A stretch of 64,000 nucleotides of DNA, taken from Pyrinomonadaceae bacterium (GTDB lineage Bacteria; Acidobacteriota; Blastocatellia; Pyrinomonadales; Pyrinomonadaceae). Where the stretch lies: positions 2,669 through 66,668 of the forward strand of contig DASVQA010000076.1 of assembly GCA_036389375.1 (NCBI GenBank). The letters are read 5' to 3'. How positions within the stretch are numbered: position 1 is the stretch's first letter; the number at the start of each line of letters is the position of its first letter. This document shows, piece after piece, positions 19,342-27,434 of this stretch. The notes below the pieces were generated by a model. That model did no database searches, had not been told where the DNA came from, and worked only from the letters and a program-made list of their open reading frames with translations. A program made the translations under genes and the position numbers.

Positions 19342-19557
19342 ATGACAAAACACCTGATTCGCCTGGTTACCGCCTTGCTGTTCTTGCGGGTGTCCGCTCA
19401 TGACTCGACCGCACAATCCGAGCAACGGCAATGCGTCGGTTTTCGCTTCCAGGGCAGAAGCGCAATCACGGCATGCACGCGACCGCCCGCAGCTTCGCTG
19501 GCATGGAGCTTGTACGGTAAATCGCAGCTTGTGTGGTCGGCTCGGCGCTCCGGTTAG
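19342..19557 (+). CDS. Possible small ORF (71 aa, hydrophobic N-terminus)
   Basis: ATG preceded by GAGAGGG/GAGGA; MTKHLIRLVTALLFLRVSAHD.... No family recognised and it may be non-coding. Confidence 0.25.
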   Translation: MTKHLIRLVTALLFLRVSAHDSTAQSEQRQCVGFRFQGRSAITACTRPPAASLAWSLYGKSQLVWSARRSG

Positions 19558-19581
19558 CGCCAGCGTTGGGCATCCGGAAAG

Positions 19582-20178
19582 ATGAACGGCAAACCAAAGT
19601 GCATCATCGTCACGGGCCGGCCGGGAGCGGGCAAAACCACGCTGGCGAAGAAGCTTGGGGCACGCCTGTGGTTGCCGGTCGTCAGTCGTGACGAGATCAA
19701 AGAGGGTTACGTAAACACGTGCGGGGTCAAACACGATCAGCTACCAGCCAATACGAATGCAGTAGCATCCAACTTCTTCTTCGATATCGTAAACCAATAC
19801 CTCGTCAACAAGGTTTCTATCATCATAGAGGCTGCCTTCCAGCACAAGGTTTGGGAGCCGAGAATAGCCAAAATTGCCGAAATTGCCAGCCCATTCATGA
19901 TTGTTTGCGCAATAGACGGCGATCTGGCGGCAAGCCGACATCTACAGCGAGGTCTGGATGAGCCGGGTAGAGAGTTCTATCACGGCGATAAGCGAGTTTC
20001 GGTTTACAAGGTCACAGGTGCCGTCGCTCCCGCAGGTGAGTATGAAGCCCCGGACTTCAATGTGCCTACAGTGCATGTATCTACGGATAATGGGTACTGC
20101 CCCGGCATAGACGAGATTATCGAAAAGATTCATCTACAACATGCCTGCCAAGCCGCCGAAGATGACGCTGCTCGTTGA
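19582..20178 (+). CDS. P-loop kinase-like ATPase (AAA_33/zeta-toxin-like fold)
   Basis: KCIIVTGRPGAGKTTLAKKLG...VVSRDEIK Walker A. Gene is bracketed by GTTGGGC (19565-19571) and GCCCAAC (20190-20196). Confidence 0.7.
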   Translation: MNGKPKCIIVTGRPGAGKTTLAKKLGARLWLPVVSRDEIKEGYVNTCGVKHDQLPANTNAVASNFFFDIVNQYLVNKVSIIIEAAFQHKVWEPRIAKIAEIASPFMIVCAIDGDLAASRHLQRGLDEPGREFYHGDKRVSVYKVTGAVAPAGEYEAPDFNVPTVHVSTDNGYCPGIDEIIEKIHLQHACQAAEDDAAR

Positions 20179-20189
20179 CGCGTACGCGC

Positions 20190-20237
20190 GCCCAACTCTC
20201 GCGTCCGGCGGCACTACTGACGGACGCTCCGTGCAGG
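20190..20237 (+). repeat. Short attC-like site (candidate)
   Basis: GCCCAAC-TCTCG-CGTCCGG-cggcactactga-CGGACG-CTCC-GTGCAGG. R'' is a perfect RYYYAAC, the L''/L' arms pair with one unpaired base, and R' is degenerate (GTG instead of GTT). Confidence 0.4.
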
Positions 20238-20304
20238 TACAGGCATCGAGCATTTGCCTGCTTTGTCAATGACCTTCTAACTTAGCATCCAGATGTGAAG
20301 AACC

Positions 20305-20682
20305 ATGTCGAAGAATGCCACGTTCGCTGCTGCCATCGTCGAAGCAATACGGAACGCGAAGATCGTCGGCGTTCGCGCCGGCCCTGAGCACCGCTACACG
20401 GGTGTCTGGGTCGTAGTCGTTGACGGCAGAGTTTTTGTGCGCTCCTGGAACGACAAGCCTACGGGCTGGTTCCGCGCCTTCAGGCAGCAACCATGTGGGA
20501 CGATTAAGGTCGGGGCGCTCGAAATCCCTGTCCGGGCCAAGTCAGTTCGCGGCGCGCGCATTCGTGATGCTGTCACGGTGGCGTTCGGCGAGAAGTACAA
20601 CACGAAGGCGTCGCTCAGGTGGGTAGAGGGATTTGCCGAACCAGCACGCGCACTCACGACGCTGGAGTTCGTTCCGGCCTGA
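20305..20682 (+). CDS. DUF2255-like small protein
   Basis: 125 aa with ...HRYTGVWVVVVDGRVFVRSWNDKPTGWFRAF..., recalled as the DUF2255 signature. Confidence 0.6.
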   Translation: MSKNATFAAAIVEAIRNAKIVGVRAGPEHRYTGVWVVVVDGRVFVRSWNDKPTGWFRAFRQQPCGTIKVGALEIPVRAKSVRGARIRDAVTVAFGEKYNTKASLRWVEGFAEPARALTTLEFVPA

Positions 20683-20741
20683 GCATCGGCAATCAGCGCC
20701 AACTCGTCGGGTTTATCGTTGTAGGGCTGGCGCGACGCGCT

Positions 20742-20852
20742 GCTGAACAACTCATTGAACCCGACCATCCTTAGCTTGCCTCTCATTAACCTTTGCTGAT
20801 ACATCTTAGGTCGCTACTGTTGTCGGGCGGCGGGTTAATTCGGGCGTGAGGC
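20742..20852 (+). repeat. attC-like site 1 (111 bp)
   Basis: R'' GCTGAAC (20742-48), AACTC, L'' ATTGAAC (20754-60), variable imperfect palindrome (CCGAC...GTCGG), L' GTTAAT (20834-39), TCGGGC, R' GTGAGGC (20846-52). L''/L' pair with one extrahelical base. Confidence 0.7.
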
Positions 20853-20875
20853 GCAAAGTCGAATGGAGAATAGAA

Positions 20876-21403
20876 ATGAGGATAAGCAAACGTCTTTACC
20901 TTTTTCCGCTAGCCGTGACTTTGTTGATGGTCTTTCCAAGCCAACCGAATGTGTGCGCGCAAACATTGAGCAGCGAGCCACAGACCGCGACGCTGTTGAC
21001 GCGCAAGATAACTGATGGCGTTGACAATTACACGCAAGCGGCATTCAGCTTTAAGTATGGTGTTAATGGCGATGCGGCGTTGAAAGTTACAAGGAATAAT
21101 TGGGATTTATTGTTCGGTAATAGTTCCTTGCCTGATGCCTTCGATGTCACAATGGTAACGAACGATTGCAGCCGCATAAAAGATTTGGGCGCATTGAATT
21201 GGCCAGATGTTTACTACGTTCCTGTGCTTCCGGCGCACCTTGAACCGACGCGCGAACCCAGCGTAAAGGCCATCATCGGTCATATGTATGTTGTGCATAC
21301 CAAAGATACAGACAATGATCATTATGCGTTGTTCCGCGTGGAGGCCCTCGAACCGGGCAAGAGCGTTACGATCTCATGGAAGTTGGTTATCTCGCCAGAA
21401 TAA
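20876..21403 (+). CDS. Secreted hypothetical protein
   Basis: ATG 20876 after GGAGAA; signal peptide MRISKRLYLFPLAVTLLMVFPSQPNVCAQ. The track start GTG 20846 is actually the attC R' box. AT-rich codon usage. Confidence 0.65.
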   Translation: MRISKRLYLFPLAVTLLMVFPSQPNVCAQTLSSEPQTATLLTRKITDGVDNYTQAAFSFKYGVNGDAALKVTRNNWDLLFGNSSLPDAFDVTMVTNDCSRIKDLGALNWPDVYYVPVLPAHLEPTREPSVKAIIGHMYVVHTKDTDNDHYALFRVEALEPGKSVTISWKLVISPE

Positions 21404-21431
21404 AGAGTGGCGCGTGCTCACGTCCGATTGC

Positions 21432-21533
21432 GCCTAACAACTCATTCAACCGGAGCGCAAGTTAGCATGTCCTTCATCGTTAACTTGGCTGTCGCGGCGT
21501 TGTATGCGTGCCCGGTTAATTCGGGCTATTAGC
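21432..21533 (+). repeat. attC-like site 2 (102 bp), homologous at both ends to site 1
   Basis: R'' GCCTAAC (21432-38, perfect RYYYAAC), AACTC, L'' ATTCAAC (21444-50), inner hairpin CAAGTTA...TAACTTG, L' GTTAAT (21515-20), TCGGGC, degenerate R' TATTAGC (21527-33). Confidence 0.7.
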
Positions 21534-21557
21534 TTGCTTATTGAGAGATAAGGCTTG

Positions 21558-21944
21558 ATGAATAAACAGTTCGTATTTGTTTATGGCACGTTGCGGCCGG
21601 GCGGCACGCGCGCTCTGCCTGATATCTTGCCTGCGGCAAAGTTTATTGGTCGGGCAAACGTGCGCGGCCGCCTCTATGATCTGGGTGCATATCCGGGCTT
21701 GCTGGTTGATGCCGCCGGCTCGTTAGTGCTGGGCGAAGTCTATGAGATTGATGATGACATTCTGCATAAGTTGGATGAGATAGAAGCCGCAAGTTTTTAT
21801 TGGCGGAAGCCGGTTGAAGTCGCGCTTGCTAACCACAGCCTGACCTGTTGGGTTTATGAACCGGATGCCGAGTTTTATCCCCTTCAAGTATTAATTACTT
21901 CAGGTGATTGGATTGAATATGCTAAGACGAAAACCGCACAATAA
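21558..21944 (+). CDS. Gamma-glutamylcyclotransferase (AIG2/GGACT-like)
   Basis: FVFVYGTLRPGG...GRANVRGRLYDLGAYPGLL...VLGEVYEIDDDILHKLDEIE. Confidence 0.8.
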   Translation: MNKQFVFVYGTLRPGGTRALPDILPAAKFIGRANVRGRLYDLGAYPGLLVDAAGSLVLGEVYEIDDDILHKLDEIEAASFYWRKPVEVALANHSLTCWVYEPDAEFYPLQVLITSGDWIEYAKTKTAQ

Positions 21945-22412
21945 ATGGGGTTGCTCATGCATATTAAAATAGATGATCTAAGCGGGGCGGAGATATATGA
22001 ACTGTTGCAGGAACATCTTCAGAGTATGCGTCAACACTCGCCGCCTGAGAGTGTGCATGCGCTGGATATTGAGGCGCTGCGCCAACCTGATATTACGTTT
22101 TGGACAGTCTGGGAAAACGGCGAACTGCTTGGCTGTGGCGCACTCAAAGAACTCGATGCACAGCATGCCGAAATCAAATCTATGCGGACGGCTACGCGGC
22201 ATCTGCGCAAGGGCGTGGCGCGCACGCTGCTTGCTCACATACTGGCAGAAGCCAGACGACGTGGCTACGACCGTTTAAGTTTAGAGACGGGTTCAATGGC
22301 CGCGTTCGAGCCGGCCCGCCAGCTATACGCCCGGTTTGGCTTTATCTATTGCGCGCCGTTTGCGGATTATGTCGAAGACCCTAATAGCGTCTTTATGACC
22401 AGAGAGCTTTGA
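21945..22412 (+). CDS. GNAT-family N-acetyltransferase
   Basis: ...WENGELLGCGALKEL...AEIKSMRTATRHLRKGVARTLLAHILAEARRRGYDRLSLETG...ARQLYARFGF. Abuts the GGCT stop (TAA-ATG). Confidence 0.85.
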   Translation: MGLLMHIKIDDLSGAEIYELLQEHLQSMRQHSPPESVHALDIEALRQPDITFWTVWENGELLGCGALKELDAQHAEIKSMRTATRHLRKGVARTLLAHILAEARRRGYDRLSLETGSMAAFEPARQLYARFGFIYCAPFADYVEDPNSVFMTREL

Positions 22413-22428
22413 GTTTTGGCGTTTGCCT

Positions 22429-22953
22429 ATGCTTGGCTTGCGGCGCGGCACGGTGAGGCTCGTGCCTTACACGACGGAGTGGGCGCGGCTGTTTGCCTCG
22501 GAGCGGCGGCTGCTGGTCGCTGCGCTCGGCGGGCTGGCGTTAGCGGTGGAGCACGTCGGTTCGACGGCCGTGCCGGGACTGTGCGCGAAGCCGATTCTGG
22601 ACATCGGCGTAGCGGTGCGTGACGAGGCAGATGCGGCGGCGTGCGTTGTGCCGCTCGCGGGGCTTGGTTATGAGTATCTCGGCGCGCGACGCGGTGCGGG
22701 CGGGCACTTCTTCGCCAAAGGCGCTGACGAAAGACGCACGCATTACATCCACGTAGTCGCGCAGGCTGAACCGGACTGGGCCGCCTATCTACGTTTCCGC
22801 GACCGCCTGCGCGCCGACGCGACCGCCAGAGACGAATACGCACGCCTCAAGCAAGACCTCGCCGCCGCGCACGCCGCCGACCGCGCGCGCTACACGCGCC
22901 AGAAAGCCGCCTTCATCCAGCGCATCCTCGCGGACACGACAGCCCACGAATGA
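22429..22953 (+). CDS. GrpB-family protein
   Basis: VRLVPYTTEW...VEHVGSTAVPGLCAKPILDIGVAV...YEYLG...H.H.V. GC is much higher than in the preceding four genes. Confidence 0.8.
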   Translation: MLGLRRGTVRLVPYTTEWARLFASERRLLVAALGGLALAVEHVGSTAVPGLCAKPILDIGVAVRDEADAAACVVPLAGLGYEYLGARRGAGGHFFAKGADERRTHYIHVVAQAEPDWAAYLRFRDRLRADATARDEYARLKQDLAAAHAADRARYTRQKAAFIQRILADTTAHE

Positions 22954-23286
22954 GTTTCAAGACCGAGCGCCGCAGCCACTCCGGCCGGCGGTAGCCGCCC
23001 GTTCTCGCTCGCCCACGGCCAGCCGGCCGCAAGGCCTCTTTCTAACAACAAAACTGCCGTAATCTGCCCGGCTCACGCGCGCGGGCTGAGCGGTCAGTTG
23101 CCATACACAGATGTATTGTATCGTTTCGCGTCGCCGGCCTGGCCGGCCGCCTTAAAGCCAGTCTTTAAGCCACTTACGCCTGCGCGCCTGCGGCATGGTG
23201 GTTGCCCCATCAAGCCGTGTGTCACGAGCTAGTTTCCCATTACTCTCCCAAGCGTAAAACTGTTTCTGAGGAGGAGAATTACCGCT

Positions 23287-24252
23287 ATGAGTAAACGTTT
23301 GCTGAGCTTTGCGGCCAGCGCAACATTGATCCTGACGCTTGCTGGCCTCGCCGTCGCGCAGGACACCAAAACGACAACTACCACCACCACCCAAACTACC
23401 AAGACGATTCAAAATGCCGACGGCACTTACACCATCATCCAGTACCCGGCCGATAAGGAAGTCACGGTCAATCTGACGCCGGGGACGACCATGAGCAGCG
23501 CGAAGGGCATGGCGCGCGTCATGCGGCACGGCGACGCGACGACCATCAACCTCGACCTGTCGGGCCTGCCCGCCGACGCTTCGACCGTCAACCTCTACGC
23601 CGTCGATCCGACCGGCGCGTTCACGCTGCTGGGGCCCGTGAATCTGGCCAACGGCACGGCGACGCAGTCGTTCACGACGCCGCTCGACAAGTTCATGCTC
23701 GTGCTCTCGCCGAACGGCAGTTTGAGTTCGATGGCGGCTAACGACATCATGTTCCGCAGCGCAGTGCCTGAAGGCTTCGCGGTTGTGCCTTACGCGCAGA
23801 GCGGCCCGCAGGGCGGCGCAGCCGTCGGCGAACGCGTCGCGGCGACGGCGGCTCCGGCCGCGGCTTCGCCCTACAGCGTGCCGATGCTCAATATCCCGAA
23901 CTTCCGGCGCGGCACGGACACGCACTTGCGCGTTAACTTCGCCGAACTGAACGACGCCCGCGCCAACGTCTTCCTTGAGCCGCGCAAAGACGGCCCGACG
24001 ACGATCAAGATGCGCTTCCACAGTCTGACGCGCGTGCCCTCCGACAAGCGGATCGTGCTCTGGGCCGTTTCGCCCGAAGGCACTTACACGCGCCTCGGCC
24101 AAGTGATCAATACGCGCAACCGCAACGAAGCGCAGATTCAGACCGAGACGGCGCTCAAGGACTTCGGTCTGCTCGTGACGCTCGAAGACAAGGACGAAGT
24201 GCCGAACCCGTCCGGCCCGACCTTCGCCACCGTCGTCATTGACAACAAATAG
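23287..24252 (+). CDS. Secreted hypothetical protein (Thr-rich linker, two similar beta-rich halves)
   Basis: Signal peptide MSKRLLSFAASATLILTLAGLAVAQ, then TKTTTTTTTQTTK. No family recognised. Confidence 0.7.
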   Translation: MSKRLLSFAASATLILTLAGLAVAQDTKTTTTTTTQTTKTIQNADGTYTIIQYPADKEVTVNLTPGTTMSSAKGMARVMRHGDATTINLDLSGLPADASTVNLYAVDPTGAFTLLGPVNLANGTATQSFTTPLDKFMLVLSPNGSLSSMAANDIMFRSAVPEGFAVVPYAQSGPQGGAAVGERVAATAAPAAASPYSVPMLNIPNFRRGTDTHLRVNFAELNDARANVFLEPRKDGPTTIKMRFHSLTRVPSDKRIVLWAVSPEGTYTRLGQVINTRNRNEAQIQTETALKDFGLLVTLEDKDEVPNPSGPTFATVVIDNK

Positions 24253-24280
24253 CGTTCGCGTCCGCGAACCTTAAATCAAT

Positions 24281-24317
24281 GCCGCCTTCTCTAAAGAGAG
24301 GGCGGCAATTTTTTTTC
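24281..24317 (+). terminator. Rho-independent terminator
   Basis: GCCGCCTTCTCT-aa-AGAGAGGGCGGC (one mismatch) followed by AATTTTTTTT. Confidence 0.8.
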
Positions 24318-24662
24318 AGCGCGCGCCGGGGCTGCAAACAGTCGTCTCTTTTCATCGCTTGGCGCGTCGTCCTTCTTTCTGTTGACCCGTGCCGCGCCGT
24401 CTGTGTATAGTTGATTTGCCGGTCGGCGCTGACCCCGAACCAGCGACACGGCGCGTTTGCTTAAAAGGCCCACCCGGCGCGACTATCCGTTCTTAAGGCC
24501 AACGTAAAAGCGGCCACAGTTCTTCCGTCAATCCGTTTCGTTCCTGACGACGCGCCAGCCCGCGCGCCGCCAACGCCCAACAACGTTAAGGGAGCACTCC
24601 TCGCTTTGTCCCTTTTGACACGGGCCCGCCAGAGCGTGCCCGCGCTTGAAAGTTATTGAGCT

Positions 24663-25805
24663 ATGCTGACACGCAGACTCCCCCTCTGCTTCGCCCTCCT
24701 GTTGCTTGCCGTCGCCGTGCAGGCGCAGGAAGCGTCGCTGCCTGAACTCGTCCGTCGCGTCAAACCCGAAGTCGTCTCCATCATCACCTACGACGCGAAG
24801 GGCAACACGTTAATGACCGGCAGCGGCTTCTTCGTCCGACCGGGCCAGATCGTCACGAATCTGCACGTGATTGAGGGCGCGCGGCGCGTCGAAATCAAGA
24901 CGCTCGACGGCAAGGGGCGCATCTACCCGTCTGCCGGCGCGCTCGCCGTAGATGAAGAGGGCGATCTTGCGCTCCTGAGCGTCGGGATGCCGGCCGAGCG
25001 CGCGCACGCGGGCGACTTGACGACCGACCTGCCCGACGAGGGCGAGCGGATTTTCGTCATCGGCAACCCGCTCAGGCTGGAAGGCTCGGTCGCGGATGGC
25101 ATCGTCTCGGCCGTGCGCGAAGTGCCGAATCTGGGGCGCATCATACAGATCACCGCGCCCATCTCGCACGGCAATTCGGGCAGCCCTGTCTTCAACATGA
25201 GGGGGCAAGTCATCGGCGTCGTCACGATCAAGGTCGTGAACGGGCAGAACATCAACCTCGCGCTCGGTGCGGCGCGCGTCGCAGACCTCCGGCCCGGCCG
25301 TTTGCAGACCTTCGACGAGCTTGTTGCGCGCTACGGCCGGCCCGCGACCGACGCGGAATCTTCCGCCGAGTGGTGGTACAAGAACGGCTTGAGTTCGCTG
25401 TGGCTCGGCAACTACGACGGCGCGTTGGATTCGTTTGAGAACGCGGTCAACAAGAACCCGCGGCGCGTCGAAGCGTGGATACAGGTCGGCTATTGCAAGG
25501 TCAAGCAGGGCAAGAACACAGAAGCGATCCGCGCTTACAAGCGGGCGCTCAGCCTGCGCCCCAACTCGGTCGAAACCTACAACAAACTCGGCGACGCCTA
25601 CTACTACGCTGCCAACTTCGACGAAGCCATCGTTGCCTACAAACAGGCCGCGCGCCTGCGCCCCGACCAACCCGAAGCCTACTACAATCTCGGCATGACT
25701 TATTTAGAACTCGGCGACCGCGACGCCGCCAACGCACAGGCCCGCGTCCTTGAGTCGCTCGACGCGGAGTTGTACAAGAAGCTGCTGAACGAACTGCACA
25801 GATAA
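24663..25805 (+). CDS. Secreted trypsin-like (S1C-type) serine protease fused to TPR repeats
   Basis: Signal peptide; GSGFFV...TNLHV...D.ALL...GNSGSPVFNMRGQVIGVV; C-terminal TPRs (AWIQVGYCKVKQGKNTEAIRAYKRALSLRPN...). Confidence 0.85.
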   Translation: MLTRRLPLCFALLLLAVAVQAQEASLPELVRRVKPEVVSIITYDAKGNTLMTGSGFFVRPGQIVTNLHVIEGARRVEIKTLDGKGRIYPSAGALAVDEEGDLALLSVGMPAERAHAGDLTTDLPDEGERIFVIGNPLRLEGSVADGIVSAVREVPNLGRIIQITAPISHGNSGSPVFNMRGQVIGVVTIKVVNGQNINLALGAARVADLRPGRLQTFDELVARYGRPATDAESSAEWWYKNGLSSLWLGNYDGALDSFENAVNKNPRRVEAWIQVGYCKVKQGKNTEAIRAYKRALSLRPNSVETYNKLGDAYYYAANFDEAIVAYKQAARLRPDQPEAYYNLGMTYLELGDRDAANAQARVLESLDAELYKKLLNELHR

Positions 25806-25826
25806 GCGCGCCGCCAAGTTGAAACT

Positions 25827-25873
25827 AAACAGCGCACGGGGTTCTGACTGGATCAGAACCCCGTGCGCTGTTT
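25827..25873. terminator. Bidirectional terminator hairpin between convergent genes
   Basis: AAACAGCGCACGGGGTTCTGA-ctgga-TCAGAACCCCGTGCGCTGTTT, a perfect 21-bp stem with A/T-rich flanks on both sides. Confidence 0.8.
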
Positions 25874-25898
25874 AAGCTGCTTAATGCGCGTGTTGGTT

Positions 25899-27347
25899 TC
25901 AGTCGCCCGTGTTGTTCGTGAAGATGTTGCGGTCGATTGATTTGGGATCGCCGATGACGACGAAGCGGAGGTTACGCATGTACTTCTGCGCGACGCGTTG
26001 CACGTCTTTGGCGTTGACGGTGCGGATGCGTTCGAGGAAGTCGAGCGAGTTGCGCCAGCCGCCGCCGATCAGTTCGTAGCGCGCCAGTTCCGACGCCTGC
26101 GCGAGGTTGGTCTCCTGATTCATGTAGTAGCGCGTCAGGTAGCCGGAGATTTCCAGCGCGATCTCCTGCGGGTCGGTCGGCTCGTTTTGCAGCCGCGCGA
26201 TCTCGTTAAGCATGACGCCGACCGCCTGATTCGCATCAACAGCCGTCACGTAGATGCCGCCGACGTTTGCGCCCTGCTCACGCAGAAAGGCGTCAGGCGC
26301 GTAAGAGAGGTTGCGCCTGAAACGCACCTCGACGAGCACGCGGTCGTTGAGAATCGCGGAGGCGACCCGCATCGGGTAGATGTCTTCGGAGGTCAAGGGC
26401 GGCGCGGCAAAAACGCCCTGAATGTAGTTGGTCGGCAAGCCCTTTTGCGTCACGTCCACCGAGCCGGTGGCAAACGTAAGCTGCGGCAGCGGCTCAAGCT
26501 TGTAAGTGCCGACGGGCAGCTTGCCGAAGGTGGCGGCGATGCGCTGGCGCAACACGGTGGCGTCCAGATCGCCGACGATGACGAGCAGCAGGCGCGACGT
26601 TTCCATCTGGCGCTTGTGAAAGCCGCGCACGTCTTCGAGCGTCAGGCGCGAAATGGTCTCGGCCGAGCCTTCCGGGTCGTTGCTGTAAGGATGACCGGCG
26701 TAGGCGACGCGCGATTGCAGCACTTGAAGGTAAGCGTCGGGCACGTCCGCCTCGTTGCTGCGCGCGACGATGAGCCGCTGCTGCACGCGCTTGAAATCTT
26801 CGGGCGCAAAGGTCGGGTGGAGCGCGAGGTCGGCGAACATCTCCCAAGAGCGGTCGAAGTTCGGGCGCGTACAGATCATGCCGAGCACGGAGTAGTCGTA
26901 ACTGACATCGTCGCTGATCTGCGTGCCCATGCGCGCCTGTTCGCGGCGCAGCAGTTCGCGCGGGAACGCCTGACTCGCTTCGGTCGCCGCGTCCCACATC
27001 AACGCCTCGATGCCTGCGTTCTGCGCCGTCACGTTGCGCGCGCCGCCGCGCAGGAACAAGCCCGTCGCCACCGTCAGACTGCCCGCGCGCCGCTTCACCA
27101 GCACCTTCAGCCCGTTCACCTCAAACTCGGTGACGAGCGCGGCGGCCGTGTCCGCGACCGCTTTGACCTTCGCCGTGTCGGGCAGCGCCGGTTGTGTCAG
27201 CTTCGACTGCGGCGTGGCGGTCTCGCCTTGCCCCTTCGTCGCCTCCTGCGCGTACACAGCTACCTGCGACGTACACGCCATGCCTGCGCTCAACACCAGC
27301 GCCAGACTGAGCACCCAACTGCCGATCAACTTCCGCATCTGGTTCAC
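25899..27347 (-). CDS. M16-family peptidase-like protein lacking the HxxEH motif (probable non-catalytic partner)
   Basis: 482 aa with signal peptide and M16 fold-type sequence. No HxxEH seen in the N-terminal domain. Confidence 0.7.
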   Translation of the reverse strand: MNQMRKLIGSWVLSLALVLSAGMACTSQVAVYAQEATKGQGETATPQSKLTQPALPDTAKVKAVADTAAALVTEFEVNGLKVLVKRRAGSLTVATGLFLRGGARNVTAQNAGIEALMWDAATEASQAFPRELLRREQARMGTQISDDVSYDYSVLGMICTRPNFDRSWEMFADLALHPTFAPEDFKRVQQRLIVARSNEADVPDAYLQVLQSRVAYAGHPYSNDPEGSAETISRLTLEDVRGFHKRQMETSRLLLVIVGDLDATVLRQRIAATFGKLPVGTYKLEPLPQLTFATGSVDVTQKGLPTNYIQGVFAAPPLTSEDIYPMRVASAILNDRVLVEVRFRRNLSYAPDAFLREQGANVGGIYVTAVDANQAVGVMLNEIARLQNEPTDPQEIALEISGYLTRYYMNQETNLAQASELARYELIGGGWRNSLDFLERIRTVNAKDVQRVAQKYMRNLRFVVIGDPKSIDRNIFTNNTGD

Positions 27348-27434
27348 TATCCTTTATCTGCTATTGATTGCTTCGGCCACCGGCGGCGCGGTCAACGTCT
27401 GCGCCCGCCGCTCACTAACTCTCGCGCTGGCCGC

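Larger units (their letters stand above)
19165..21533 (+). mobile_element. Integron-type gene-cassette array without adjacent integrase (CALIN-like); may extend to about 23105
   Basis: Co-oriented unrelated short ORFs, each followed by an attC-like palindrome with R''(RYYYAAC)...R'(GTTRRRY-like) boxes. Visibly lower GC than the flanks. No tyrosine recombinase ORF anywhere in the window. Confidence 0.6.

Noticed and set aside
19333-19734. 133-aa minus-strand ORF at the left edge of the cassette region, considered as an integrase remnant.
   Set aside because: The translation has no tyrosine-recombinase motifs (no R...HxxR...Y pattern), is low-complexity, and overlaps the P-loop ATPase start on the opposite strand.
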